Below are positions 1 through 12,727 of a DNA stretch of 64,000 bases, piece by piece. The stretch is from NCBI GenBank assembly GCA_030248215.1, contig JASANG010004128.1, forward strand, positions 186,001 to 250,000. The letters are read 5' to 3'. The notes under the pieces are model-generated. The model saw only the letters and a list, made by a program, of their open reading frames with translations, had not been told where the DNA came from and ran no database searches. Each line of letters begins with the position of its first letter. Within the stretch, counting starts at the first letter, position 1. The position numbers and the translations under genes were made by a program. The DNA comes from Enoplolaimus lenunculus (taxonomy: Eukaryota).

Positions 1-349
1 GTCACGGAATTTTTACTTGGTCTGGACCAGTACCAACCGGAGCCAAGTTTGAACACGTAAAGATAATTACCAACATGAGGTGTGTGTACTCTGCACAGCA
101 GACCCGTGGAAAATAAAAAACGTCGCATACAGTAATTTCTGGTAATTTTCATATTTTTGAAACGAGAACAGAGCTTGATACAATTGTTTTCATGCAAATT
201 AATTAAGAATCGTAAATAAAAACTGGCACTTCGGCCGGGATTAGGCCCCGGGGAATACGTAATATATTTTGTAGTTTTTCGGTAATTTAATTTTTAGGTA
301 CTTGTTCAATTACTCGTCATTTACCGCGCCAGGTCTTGGCTATTTTTAG

Positions 350-3300
350 GTCGTAAAGACTGTACGAGCACGCCAGAGAATATCTCGCAGACGATTGTCA
401 AAACGTAGTCTCAAAAAAATTCCTACGCGAAAGTTTAAAAAAGGTGAGCTTTATAGAGGACACAGAAACTATATTTACGGGAGATTCATAATAGTAATTG
501 AACGCATAATTGACAACGTTTCGTGTGCATAAGAACTCGGCAAAGGTTTTATTACCGTTTATGTTCATAAACACACAACTTTTTCATAATATGAATGATT
601 CATTGAGGCGTCTGTTTGATAGCAAGAAGGATTATTCATTTTGATGTTCTGTATCTACCTCTGAACCTTTTCAGGAGACACATACGAGTGTTGTCCGATT
701 TGTCTTGAAGACTTTACAGACGGTGAAAAACAGCGTGTTTTGCCTTGCGGTCATGGTAATAATAATTAAAGTGGTTTTATTACGAAACAAACAACAGTGC
801 TAGTGTCTGTAAATTGGAAACAGTTTTTAAACCAATTACGTATGTCTCGATGGTGTTTTATTACAGACCAATATCGTTTTCTGATTATTAATTTGGTCGG
901 ATTGTTCGTATTACTCAAATGCAAGTCTGATATTAAAACGATTGATAGTTACCGCCACCTGTGAGAGTTTTTTCAATTTATTCGATAGATCACTACTTAA
1001 GGACATTAAATCAGATCTGTCTTTGCATGGTACACCCGAACTTCGACAAAACAACAATCGTCGATGCCTACAATAGTATAACTCAGTTATTTTATTTATA
1101 ACACGTACAGTATCACATTGATCCAGAATACTCTTTTGAAATGGAACTTATGGTACTTATATTATCGAAATTATCTGAATTAAGTTAGATTTTAAGGAAG
1201 CAATGATGTTTTGATTACTCAGCAATTTTATTAGTTAATACAGAGTTGTTCAATTCAAATTTTAAGGTTTGTTAATAACGTCTTAAATTATTAGTATAGA
1301 AATGTTTGCGGTTGAAACAATTATTTTATTATTTTGGAATCGCCTTATTAACTGCTTGGAGCTTAACCTACGCTAACCTAAGCCTACATAATAAGGGGTA
1401 TTTAAAGGAGGAACTCTTAACATATAACAAACACTTAAGCGACGCGTGGACCCTGGTTGAAATATCGTTATTTGGGGTACAACCAAGGGCGAAGCCCTAC
1501 CCGCATAGCAGGCTGTATAAATGATCTTGAAAGTCGAGAGAACTCTTTTCAGGGAGTATAAATGGGTTGAAACAGGATGCAACCGGTATGCCGGTTCCTG
1601 CATTTTTTCACCTTCCGGTTCCGGTCCCTATAAATATTTACCGGAATTAACAAGTCCGGGTATTAAAATTTGGTCGGTGGAAATTAAGATATTTTACTAA
1701 AAAACGTCGATAAAAATTAAAAGTGAATACCGATCTCTAACTAAGGTTTATTTTATTAATATTGGAAAAAAGAGAAATGAATTTTTTGGTGGCATGTATT
1801 TTTCATTATCCGTTTCTGATAATTCTTTCAATTTCCGATTCCAGTAAATTGTAATTCCGCTTGCACTCTGGTTTCAAACACAAAATGAGTTAAACTCAAT
1901 ATGTAAGTATGACAATCACAAAAATTTTAAGAAATATTTGACCAAAAATGTGAGTAAATTTTTTATAAGATAAATACAAATTGAATAAAGTCAGAAAATT
2001 AGGCTAACATAGCTTAAATTTTGCTAAAAGTTTGTATTTGTCAAGCAAATTTTATAAAAACTAAAAATAAATTTTTTGGCAAAATATTTCGTAAAAATAT
2101 GTGCCTAATTTTGCCAAAAACTTGTAATTTTGATAACAATTTGTATTCGAAATATTTTGCTATTGCTTGAAAAAAACCTGGACCAGATAACCAAATAACC
2201 TAATTGTCATTAAAGTTGACCCAATTGTAACTCAGTACGCTGCAAATAATTTAGAAGCCTTGCGGGCATGGACAATTTTTGTGTCGTAAGCGGTCCATCT
2301 ACCATAATTTTTTACTTGCAGAGTTGAAAATTTACAGTTTCTAGACATTGCACGTCGTATATATTCTTTAATTTTAAGCATATCATTGTGAATGCGTTGA
2401 CCAATGGCTGACAAAAAATCGCAAAGTATGTCCTGTGTGTAAACGGAAAGTTTTGCCTCCGGGAAGTAAAAGAAGGTACGAATCGTCAAGCGATAGCGAT
2501 AGCAGTGTCAGTGGGTCAACAGCATTTCGTCGAGAATTGTCTCGTCAACAACGGCGCGATGCAGAGCGACAGCCGCTGCTGCCGGAGCAACAGGGAGCAT
2601 CTTCAACTGTTGATGAGTATCAAACTTCTGCTGGTTATGCTGAAGAAAGTCGAGTGGTAAATAACCAATTACTCATACCTAGTTTCTGTCTAAAGTGAAT
2701 TGAAACATGGGTGTAAACCAGCAGTAACAAGCTATATTTGGCCTATTTGGCCTTAAAATCAAATATAGTCACCACTAGCTATACAACTTATGGCCACTTC
2801 TCTGTACAGTTTTGAGTTTCAGATTTCTAAACCGAATTTTTAATCAAAGTCTTTACCCCCGTGTTAACATTTTGGCATCCATACCACTAAGAGCTTTGAT
2901 AAGATATTGGTTAGTAAAAGTGACACTACGATGCCGTGACTACTATTTGTACCACTGTATAATGAATATAGCTTTGGACTCTTCTCCTTTTTTCAAAATA
3001 CTTATGGTTCCCTTGTTATATTGTTTGTACTTTGTTTAGAACAAATTGACTATTTGTATAGTTGTCTAATGCTTGAGTCACTGCGACGTTGAAAAGGCAT
3101 TTAATCAGTGTTGTTGCTTATAAAAACAACCGATTTCGACAGAACATATGTTCTAAGTTAACAATAAATCTTCTTTCTTCACAGGTCATATAACAGACCA
3201 TTGGTGCGGCCTTCTAGTGAGAGAAACTTCGAGTAACGCTTCAACGGACGGCCGAAACTATAGCCGTACTCTAGTCGCAGCGGGTAGCGAGGTGCGGTTG

Positions 3301-5798
3301 GGCAAAGTTGCCGGAGTGGAGCTTACTAACTGGCTGCACAAATGTGCTATAACAGCACAAAACCAATTTTTATGTTATTCCACTTAGCATACAAGCTCGG
3401 ACACTAAAGTTGTTAAAATAGTTATAAAGAAAAAATATGCCATCCAAATAGCGAAAAGTCAACCGCTAAAGTTGGGAGTGTCGTATCTCGTATATCTTTT
3501 ATATTATGTGCAGCGGAGTCTATAAGTTAAAAATTCTAACCTAGAATATGCACCACCAAAAATTCTTCTGAGCCAATCGAAAATTTACCCATGTGTTTTT
3601 ATACAATGTAAATAATGTTCAAATTATACATGCATGGGACTAAATAACTGCGGTCGCCACTGACCGCCTTCGCGTAGTAATTGAAAAATTCAGAGAAGCT
3701 AAATCAGGTTCATTTTCTTTGATTCAATCATTTTTTCGTATGTGCAATTAGATATCGTTTAAACCTTATTTTATATTTTAGAAATATTGTTGCTGAAAAA
3801 TTTGTGCCAAAACATATTTTTTCTACACCAGTGGCTCAATAAAAACCCTGAATTATGCGTGATCTAGAACTAGTTTTGTGCATACAATTAACAAAATTTC
3901 CTGTATTTCTATAACGGAAACGGACCTTGAGTTTACCGGAATCGAATATCTGATTTTACCGTGGAATGTACCGATTGCCAACCGGCAAAACTCTTCGCCA
4001 GTTTGTTTTCTTGCTTGCGTTCGCGCAAAATCTAAACACTACAAGATTGTAGTACAGTATTTATGCCATATGTCCGTCATTATACTAAAGCTATTTTAGT
4101 GATACAAAAGTTATTTTATTGACTCTAGTTAGTAGTTAATTAAGCGGTATGGCAATTACAAAACAAACTACCTCTGATAAATTTTCACTTAGTGTATGGG
4201 CACCATTTTAATCGTATTCTGCAAAAAATGATTCGAATATAGCGAGCGTTAACCCAAGTTGAAAAAATGACAATTTATGAAATTATACTGCATAACATAA
4301 CATACGTGCCATGACTTTTAGGTCGGTAATTCAACTTTTTATCAAAGTGTGGAACTCCGGCCGCCAGAGTCAGCACAGAGTTCCTCTGCTTCTGCCAATG
4401 CAAGTTTTAACGCACGTTTGGAGCAATCCGGTCAGACTACATCTCGTCAAACGTTACCCATGGACGAACAGAGCATTTCAGTATTGAGCACTGATGAATA
4501 CGCAGACTCAGATGATTCTACTCCAATATCATTAACGCCTCCTGACAGCCCTAGATTGGGTCCGCGTCTTGGAAGACTGTTTAGTGAGTAATGACTGGCT
4601 GTGTTTACGACCCATGTTAATTATAAGGGCCTGACCACTATGCCAAGCCTAAATTACGCTTAAAACGTAAGCCTAATCTTAAGACTCCTAGTCTTCAAGT
4701 CCACTGTTTTCCTTGTTTCTCAATGGGCTTGGCCCTAGAATTAACATGTGCCATGTTAATTATACTTCATTTTCGATCGAGCGCTCTTTATTATTATGTA
4801 TACTGAACTAGTTTACTGGTGTGTTTTCAATAATAACAGTTTTGTGCAATTGTTTACAAAAATTAGGGGTTTGGCAAATTTAGTTTTAAGTTTTTTCATG
4901 TAATCATATAGCACTTTTAGGATGGGCGGTCAAACCTTATGCTCGGCTTAGCGCGATTGTTTCTGGTAGATACGCTGACAGTAGCGTGACGCCTGTTGAC
5001 GAACCGCCACTTGATTTACCGTACGAAGCTTTGTCTTGTGATAGTGAAGCTAACATGATCACAGCGAACGATATTAACAGTGATGACAGTGAACTATTTC
5101 ATTCTTGCGAAAATCAACGACAAGAACGCGGTGGTGGTGGTTCTGATGCTAACAATGTTCCCTCGACATCACAAAGTTCGTCACGTGGTGCCGTTTTTGA
5201 AGAAACGTGTCGCGAAAGAATTTACAATAGTCCGCTTAATTCGCGCCGCGACAATAATTACGGTGTGCATCATGGCACGTTGGCAAAAACCTCAAAGCGC
5301 GCGGGTCATCGCAGACGGCATCCAGCAACGACAGGTGCAGTTCCTGGTGGTCGTCCAATAACAAAGCTGGCGGACCCTTCGTATGGTGATAGTCAAGATA
5401 GCAACTGCACATCATTTCAGATCCAGAAATTTACTAAAAATGAATCGAAAGATATTGTCCCTGATGGTTATCGCGCTGCTACGGACTGTAGTTTGGGTCA
5501 AGATTTTTCGGCTGCTGCTAACTTTGGCGTGAATACCGCGAGTGCTAACACTAATACTAACCCCGTTGCCCATTCAGCTCCTGTATTACATACCGTTGTT
5601 GAACCAGCTGTGTCAACAGTGGCGAATAATGGTGTTGAACTTATTGGAGACAATCCTGGAATCGAAAATGCAGAGAATAAAGACAGTGTAGACGTAGCTG
5701 ATTACAGAAACAAGCAACTGACAGATGATCTGGAGCGTAATCAACAAATTAACGATCATGATCGATGTATTGGGATGAATGTACCCAAAATTGTTTGA
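350..5798 (+). CDS. RNF13: RNF13/RNF167 (Godzilla)-like PA-TM-RING E3 ubiquitin ligase, 5'-partial. Exons 350-443, 675-755, 2379-2633, 3185-3291, 4322-4583, 4921-5798
   Basis: The spliced translation VVKTVRARQRISRRRLSKRSLKKIPTRKFKKG|DTYECCPICLEDFTDGEKQRVLPCGH|AYHCECVDQWLTKNRKVCPVCKRKV gives a RING-H2 closely matching RNF13/167 (LKKLPVHKFKKGDEYDVCAICL...PCSHAYHCKCVDPWLTK). All junctions are GT-AG and in phase. Acidic dileucine motif ERQPLL at 2564-2581. The exon 3 donor (2634) was chosen for phase and is less certain. The PA and TM exons lie upstream of the window. Confidence 0.88.
4609..4752. mobile_element. Degenerate MITE with GGCCC/GACCC-type TIRs (Merlin-like) in an RNF13 intron
   Basis: gacccatgttaattataagggcc ... 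ggccctagaattaacatgtgcc are imperfect inverted termini, with an internal gcctaa-like tract. The TSD has decayed. Confidence 0.45.
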
Positions 5799-6960
5799 TG
5801 CAGACGCTGGTTGTTGAACGAAATTAAAAAAACTTGCTTGAAGTGTTATCGGGTTTGAAATAAACGTAATATTCCCGAGCTGCATGCGGATACCTTAATT
5901 TATCTTTTGACGACCATAGTTTTATTCCTGTTTATCATGGACGTTTTGCGCTTGGATTGAAAGATAATGTAAATAGTTGTAAGTTTATTCGACAGTATAT
6001 TTTGCCTCAAACTGTATGTTTGCAATTTACATATTTATCAAACTATTTTGTATTTAATTTATCGTAATACCCATGTATTTTGTTCCGAGAATTGTATATG
6101 AGTGGGCTATTAACAGCTGAATATTTTTATGTATTTGGCGTTTAAATGTTTCATAAGAGTGACGGTTTCTTCACTCCTTTCTTTTGACAACTTGTCATTG
6201 ATTCATACTAAGAAACCATGCCACAACACAACTAATATAGAAAATATGGTGACGAAATAGACCGAGATGGTCTATTCGTTTATGGTATAGGGGTATAAAT
6301 TTAAGTTGCGAGTTTCAAGGTCGCAGGTTAGAAAGGTTAATCTAAAACTGAAAATATTGGATCTACCAGTTTCTTGTTATCCACAGCATTATAACCCAGA
6401 CAATTTTCGAGCTTTGTGTTAATATGTACATGCATTTGAATGAGCTGCAAAAACAAGTCAGCATGTTTCAACCTAACTTTATTTGGTTTGTTGAGTATGC
6501 TCGTTTTAATTGACAACTTTATAATCATGTGTACAGTTTTATACGGAATTGAACGTTTTAATAATTAAACAAGGAAGTATGTGTTTTGTTCGCGAAATAA
6601 TTTATTGATGGTTAACTCATCTTTTCCGAGAGTATGGTCCCGACTTCAAGTCCGTTATATATTTCTGCATAGATTAAAGCACGAGCAACAGCGCAAACTG
6701 CAATCGTTTATAGAATTGCCACGTTTTTACTTGTCCCACAACTGACATATGGGGAGAGACTTTAAAGTTCATTTTTCGTTCTCTGTATAAGGACATGTCT
6801 GCGTACGTAATGTAGTAGTAGTAGCACTTTTTTCTTTCCATTCAGGATGTCATCCGCTGGACTGAACCCCTCCCCAATGCAAAGGGATGCTAAGTAAGAT
6901 GGTGCCCCGCTAAGCAGTTCTAAAACGCCAAACACACCGTATAAGAGTACTTCGTTAGTG

Positions 6961-7120
6961 CACGGAACTACACAAACTGAGTCAAGTTCGACTCCGCCAG
7001 AGTCAAACGTGCGGCTCAGTGACTCGAATTTGACTTTGGTGGAGTCGAATTTGACTCAGATTGTGTAGTCCCGTAGAGCCTATTTCGGAGAGTCAATTTG
7101 ACTCACCGTTTTTTGCAGTG
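6961..7120. mobile_element. Truncated copy of the palindromic CACTG MITE family
   Basis: Near-identical to 51806-51966 (actacacaaactgagtcaa...ttttttgcagtg). The left end is missing. Confidence 0.75.
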
Positions 7121-7342
7121 TGGAAGTTTTTCCTGGAAATACTGCGTGTTGAATTAAATACCGTAATCGCGGTTACATCTGCGATTGCAGTTTTACAATC
7201 GTCGTGTGATGTTTTGTCGTTACCATGATTGGAAAATGCAATGCTGAGACAATCGCGATTATGGTCGTAGTAGCTGCGGTCATTTATAATTCTGTCCGTG
7301 ACTATATGTATAGATTAATACGCAGTGTTCATTGGTTAATAC

Positions 7343-10300
7343 TCATTCCGATTCTGCACTGTACTCCAGCGAAATTCGCTGTCTTTGAAATTCGTCAGCA
7401 ATTCCCCATATTGTCTGCAAACAGTTTTGGACACGGACAAATATACGCTTGAATCACAAAACCAATTTGATAACTTTAAGATGTTGCATCAATGCCATAC
7501 GATTCAAGTTATGCTATCGAAAGATTCTGTGCTTTTTTAATAAAATATTGCTTACAGGTGCAACCGGAGGTGAATAGTACCGGAGCTGGAAGCCAGCGAA
7601 GCTTGCCGGAGCCGGAGGTCAACGAAACTTGCCGGAGCCTGAAGTGAGCCGAAATTAGGTAGTAAAAATAATGGTTTTAATTAGTTGATTTTAGCCAATA
7701 TATGCAAAATGTTAACGTTGTTTGGCTTTACGCTAATTTTCACCGAAATTTCGCAAATGCTATCCTGAAAATGGCCCATGTTACGCTGAGGGCCGTCCCA
7801 CTGTCCCGGGACAGCGGGACTGTTCTACTAACCCATTGTCCCGCTGTCCTACCGTCCAACTGTCCCGCTGTCCTACTGTCCTACTGTCCCGCTGTCCTAC
7901 AGTCCCGCTGTCCTACTGTCCTGCTTTCCCACTGTCCCGTTGTCCCGCTATCCTACTGTCCCACTGTCCTGCTGTCCCACTGTCCCGCTGTCATACTGTC
8001 CCACTGTCCTACTGCCCCGCTGTCCTACTGTCCCGCTGTCCTACTGTCCTGCTGTCCCGCTGTCCTACTGTCGCACTGTCCTACTGTCCCGCTGTCCTAC
8101 TGTCCCGCTGTCCCACTTGTCCCACTTGTCCCGCTGTCCTACTGTCCCACTGTCCCGCTGTCCTACTGTCCCGCTGTCCTACTGTCCCGCTGTCCTACTG
8201 TCCCGCTGTCCTACTGTCCCGCTGTCCTACTGTCCCGCTGTCCGACTGTCCTGCTGTCCCGCTGTCCTACTGTCCCGCTGTCCTACTGTCCTGCTGTCTT
8301 ACTGTCCCACTGTCCTGCTGTCCCACTGTCCTACTGTCCCGCTGTCCTACTGTCCCGCTGTCCCACTGTCCTACTGTCCCGCTGTCCTACTGTCCCGCTG
8401 TCCGACTGTCCTGCTGTCCCACTGTCCTACTGTCCTACTGTCCCGCTGTCCTACTGTCCTGCTGTCCCGCTGTCCCACTGTCCCGCTGTCCTACTGTCCT
8501 ACTGTCCCGCTGTCCCGCTGTTCTACTGTCCCGCTGTCCTACTGTCCCACTGTCCTACTGTCCCACTGTTCCGCTGTCCTACTGTCCCGCTGTCCTACTG
8601 TCCTACTGTCCCGCTGTCCTACTGTCATGCTGTCATGCTGTCCTACTGTCCCACTGTCCTACTGTCCCACTGTCCTACTGTCCCACTGTCCCGCTGTCCT
8701 ACTGTCCCGCTGTCCTACTGTCCCGCTGTCCTACTGTCCCACTGTCCTACTGTCCCACTGTCCCGCTGTCCTACTGTCCCGCTGTCCTACTGTCCCGCTG
8801 TCCCACTGTCCCGCTGTCCTACTGTCCCGCTGTCCCACTGTCCTGCTGTCCCACTGTCCTACTGTCCCACTGTACCGCTGTCCTACTGTCCCGCTGTCCG
8901 ACTGTCCCGCTGTCCTACTGTCCCACTGTCCCGGGACAGCGGGACGGCCCTCAGCGTAACATGGGCCCTGAAAATTGTGAGAAAAGTAAAAACGCGCTAA
9001 ACAATTTTGCGACCGAAATAGCCGGAACCTCCGGCAAAAATTCTACCGGAGCCGGAGGCCGATTTCCTGCCAATGCCGGAGCCATAAACAGACATACGGG
9101 TGTACCCTGATTGCTTAGGGTGCGATTGGAAATGATAACAACCAAGGTCAAAAAAATTTATCGGAGCCGGAGGTGTAACAATTACGAAAGTAGGTAAAAT
9201 ACGTTTGAAATGCCTAATTTTACAATAAATCTGCGAAGTATTATCAAAAAATTGGTTTTTACCTTCGTTTTGAAAACACTGTAATTTAAATGCGAAATTG
9301 TTTCAAAGTCACAATGAACGTTGCGTATCACTGAATAGCGCAAATTTTATAAAAAAACTTAAATATCACTTCCAAAATTGTCGGAAAGTCCTACAAAAAT
9401 TATAACCCTGCCCAGAGTAGACTTTTAGCCGACGGCACACCTCCGATGTAGGCAGCCTGCGTAGCGTTTATATATGGCGCATACTGTAAATGGAGTAGCC
9501 ACTATGACAGACACATTAAAATTTGGACAAAGGATGTATTCATTAATAAACTGGGTCAATGTATAGAACAGGGCCGTAACAGTAGTAGGTATGAGCCGTA
9601 GGTGAAAAATACCGGAGCCGGAGGTCAAAGAAACTTGCCTGAGGTGAGGCGAAATTAGGTAGAAAATGTTGTTATTAGTTAATTTTAGCCAATATCTGCA
9701 ATATGTTGTTAAGTTGTTTGGTTTTACGCTAATTTTCAGCGAATCTTCTGAAATTCTTTCCTGAACATTGTGACAAAATTGAAACGAAACGCGCTAAACA
9801 GATAAATTTTGCAGAATTTTGGAAAATTTTATTACCGAAATTGTCGGAACCTCCGACAAAATTTCTGCCGGAGCCAGAGGCCGATTTTCAGCCGGAGCCT
9901 GAGGCTGACCTGCGGTTGTACCCTCGTAAAAGCCTTCTTCAACATTTGTCAAAAACTACAACAAACCAAGTAAAATAAAACCAAATAAGATACCTTTGGA
10001 TTGGTTTGGTTGTCTTTTGCCGATGTTGTCATAATTAAGATTTTTTCATCAGCTTTTTTATGTGGACTTTTGACCCGATTAACAGTGAGTGTTGCACTAC
10101 TGCCTGGCTGTATAATACCCAACATCGGTGTGACGCTGAATAGATCTGGGTTAGTCGTTTTGACCTAAAATGCTTCGATATCTTAATGAAATATTGATAA
10201 AATTTCACCACACCGTTGTGTCGCTATTTATAGTCCAGGCAAAAACAGATGCTAAAAACGTGAAAACTGTTCAATCCACCCTGCAAAAAATGGTGAGTCA

Positions 10301-12727
10301 AATTTATTCCGAATTAAGATTTTCTGGACTACGCAGACTGAGTCAATTTCGACTCCGACAGAGTCAAATTCGACTCAACCGAATCGCTCAGTGAGTCGAA
10401 TTTGACTTTGGCTTGGCGGAATCGAATTTGACTTAGTCTTTGTAGTCCCAAAAAACCTGTTTAAGAGAGATTAAATTTGACTCACCATTTCTTTGAAATG
10501 CAGTGTCTGGCGTTTACGCCCTTGGGAAGTTTAGTGTTGCGTGGCTGTGCATAATACAAGGTTCACGTTAGGTATAACTGGGGGAGCCAGAACATGTTTT
10601 GGCCCAAGTGTGATTGAGATCAACATGAAAAACTGTAACAGCGGGTATACCAAGAAAATTGAACATCATATGAAATTGGCGTATGAACTATTGCTCTTTA
10701 GCAGGGTGCAAAGCGGAAGTGTATTATACATATCGGAAACAGAGCTGCACGCTACTCGCGAGTACAGCAAAATTTCGACGCCGGTATATCCGCGGGTAAA
10801 GCATTTCAAAGTGTGGATAAAAATTTGTGATCCTTAACTCGCCTAAAATTTGCATAAAAACCAAACCATAAAGAAATGTGATTATGCGATCTTAACTACA
10901 ACGATTTCATATAGACAAGATCGTTTTGATTCACTGATCATGATCACCAATCGGCAAACAGTTTTACCGGTGACACGTGTAATATGCAATATTATCCGGT
11001 GTTACATTTTTAACTGAATGGTTTGTTTTCAACGTAACTGTTAAAAACTATTGTAACGTAAATCGAATAGCTAAGAATGCAGAAGTAAAATTAAGGGCGG
11101 GTAAAGGCAGGTAGTGGGTAAAGGAATTTTGCGCGGGTAAATATACCCGCGGGTAAAAAATTTTTCCGCACTTACACGTCTGCGGAATCGGAACTTCAAA
11201 TTTATACCGGAAGCGGATTTGGAATTACAAGTTTTGTAACTCTACGAATAATTTGTTTTAACACGTTAATTTCAGGGTGTAATGTGGAGTTCACGTTATA
11301 ACCGGGGCAGCTTGGGACACGTTTTGTGCCCATTAGACTATTGGGTAACATTTTGTCTGCATATAGACCCTATATCGCATTCAAAACTTCGTATTTGTCT
11401 GCTGTTAACATATGTGGGTCACCTGTTGTTCTTCAATATCATATGATATTCGAGGTATTGTCTGCGAATATCATATGATACATTTTCAAATGTCTGCATA
11501 CTTGAGGTAACATACCCAAATTGTCCTGTTGAATATCATATGATACTAGAATTTAAAATTTTAATTTTTGAAATATGAAGATGTGGTTTTAAGCGATTTT
11601 GTGCCGGAAACGATTTGCAGGCGTGTATTTGGTATATTTAAAGCACATTTGTGCTCCTACCGTCCAACTTTTTATCCATTTATTAGTACCCAAAGGTTAC
11701 CCTGTCCCGCTGAATATCACATGATATACGTTGAAATTTTGGAATATCATATGATATTCTCACAAATGGCCAACAGTATCACGTGACATACCGTCCCTTG
11801 TACACATTGATGATTTGAGAGCGGTAGTTTGTAAGCTAATGCCATATGACATTCGAGTTTTGTCTGTTGACCCGATATAAGAGCCCGATTTTAACGTTGA
11901 CGTTGAATCAACATAGGACCACTCAAAAACACGGAAACGGATATTGAAGGATATTAATTTCAAATAGGTTTTATTTGTTTGCCAAAACAAATGAGACTTG
12001 TGAATGTACACTAGGGTTTCAAAAATTTTGAAGAAAAAAATGGCCGATGCATGGATGCACCGAAATTTTTAAGATTATGGATGAATATCGTAATTTTTGT
12101 TTCAGTTCGGACAATTGCCGCGCAATGTGTAATGAAAACTTGCGAGAAATTTATGAAATTTATATATAAGTGTTTTTGAACGTAAAAATAAATGAATTTC
12201 TGGTATTTCTATAACGGAAACGGATATAGATTTTTACTGGAAACGGAAACGAATATCCGGTTACTCCCTGGTTAATTTAGTCTGTTGGATGGTAGCAGTT
12301 CTCAAAACCGTCGCATGAACAAATTGGCGATCCTTTTTTGGTTTTGTTAAGCTAATCTATAATCAATTACTGATAAGCTCCTCGAAAGCAATTTAATAGA
12401 TGGGAATTATACACAATTTTTATGTAACATATCACAACAAGTAGGCATAATAAAATATCAAAATTCCGATTGATTGGGCAATCGGAATCGTAACCCGTTT
12501 TGAATCGGAATTCCGGTTGCACCGTACTCTAACCATTACATAGTACCCACTGATAATATCCCACCCTGGGATACCTTATAAGCAGTTTTGCGGTTACCAC
12601 TATTTTGTAAGCGAATAGCTTTTGATTCGTTTTCTGTTCGTTTTCCACGAAACTTCAGTACACGATTTGGCGAAATTTCTAATGAAATTTCCGGAGTTTC
12701 AGCGTCATCATTATGTTTTGTTGTCAT
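7343..12727 (-). CDS. Stand-alone MSP (major sperm protein/VAP-type) domain protein, 131 aa. Exons 12727-12575, 10164-9994, 7414-7343
   Basis: Three phase-0 exons with GT-AG borders give MTTKHNDDAETPEISLEISPNRVLKFRGKRTENESKAIRLQNSGNRKTAYK|VKTTNPDLFSVTPMLGIIQPGSSATLTVNRVKSPHKKADEKILIMTTSAKDNQTNPK|TIWGIADEFQRQRISLEYSAESE*. It carries the MSP-domain signature (L.I.P...L.F...L.N.......YKVKTT.P..F.V.P..G.I.PG). An acceptor-like tttaatag lies 2 nt before the ATG. Confidence 0.85.
7773..8967. mobile_element. Merlin-like non-autonomous DNA transposon with an expanded internal 8-bp satellite
   Basis: 48-bp TIRs (GGCCCATGTTACGCTGAGGGCCGTCCC..., 2 mismatches) at 7773-7820 and 8920-8967. Perfect 8-bp TSD CTGAAAAT at 7765-7772 and 8968-8975. 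GG termini with an 8-bp TSD fit Merlin. Confidence 0.8.
7821..8919 (+). repeat. 8-bp tandem satellite (CTGTCCYR)n, about 1.1 kb
   Basis: Uninterrupted ctgtccca/ctgtcccg/ctgtccta units. They account for the three spurious Cys-Pro-rich ORFs in the ORF track. Confidence 0.97.
9601..9925 (+). mobile_element. Second (empty-site) copy of the hAT-like ccggagcc MITE
   Basis: Colinear with 7570-7772 plus 8976-9109, ending ggttgtaccctc. It has a single ctgaacat where the 7555 copy has the TSD-flanked insert. Confidence 0.75.
10279..10505. mobile_element. CACTG-type palindromic MITE copy in MSP-gene intron 1
   Basis: ctgcaaaaaatggtgagtcaaattt...aaatttgactcaccattt...cagtg. Same internal gagtcaaattcgactc motifs as 51758-51966. 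Confidence 0.75.
11283..11921 (-). mobile_element. PIF/Harbinger-like MITE, inverted and truncated copy of 44162-44838
   Basis: TAA then tgtggagttcacgttataaccggggcagcttgggacacg. The body is the reverse complement of the 44 kb element, with repeated tatcatatgata palindromes. The last ~40 bp are missing. Confidence 0.8.

Larger units (their letters stand above)
7555..9109. mobile_element. hAT-like MITE (ccggagcc-rich family) interrupted by a nested element
   Basis: Termini caggtgcaacc...gggtgtaccctg, with a perfect 8-bp TSD ATTGCTTA at 7547-7554 and 9110-9117. About 350 bp without the insert. Paralogs at 9601-9925 and 32752-33118. Confidence 0.85.

Noticed and set aside
7702..9110. Three long overlapping Cys/Pro-rich ORFs (432, 424 and 339 aa) resembling keratin-associated or metallothionein-like proteins
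   Set aside because: They arise from a stop-free 8-bp satellite that is open in all three frames, inside a TIR/TSD-bounded element in an intron of an opposite-strand gene.
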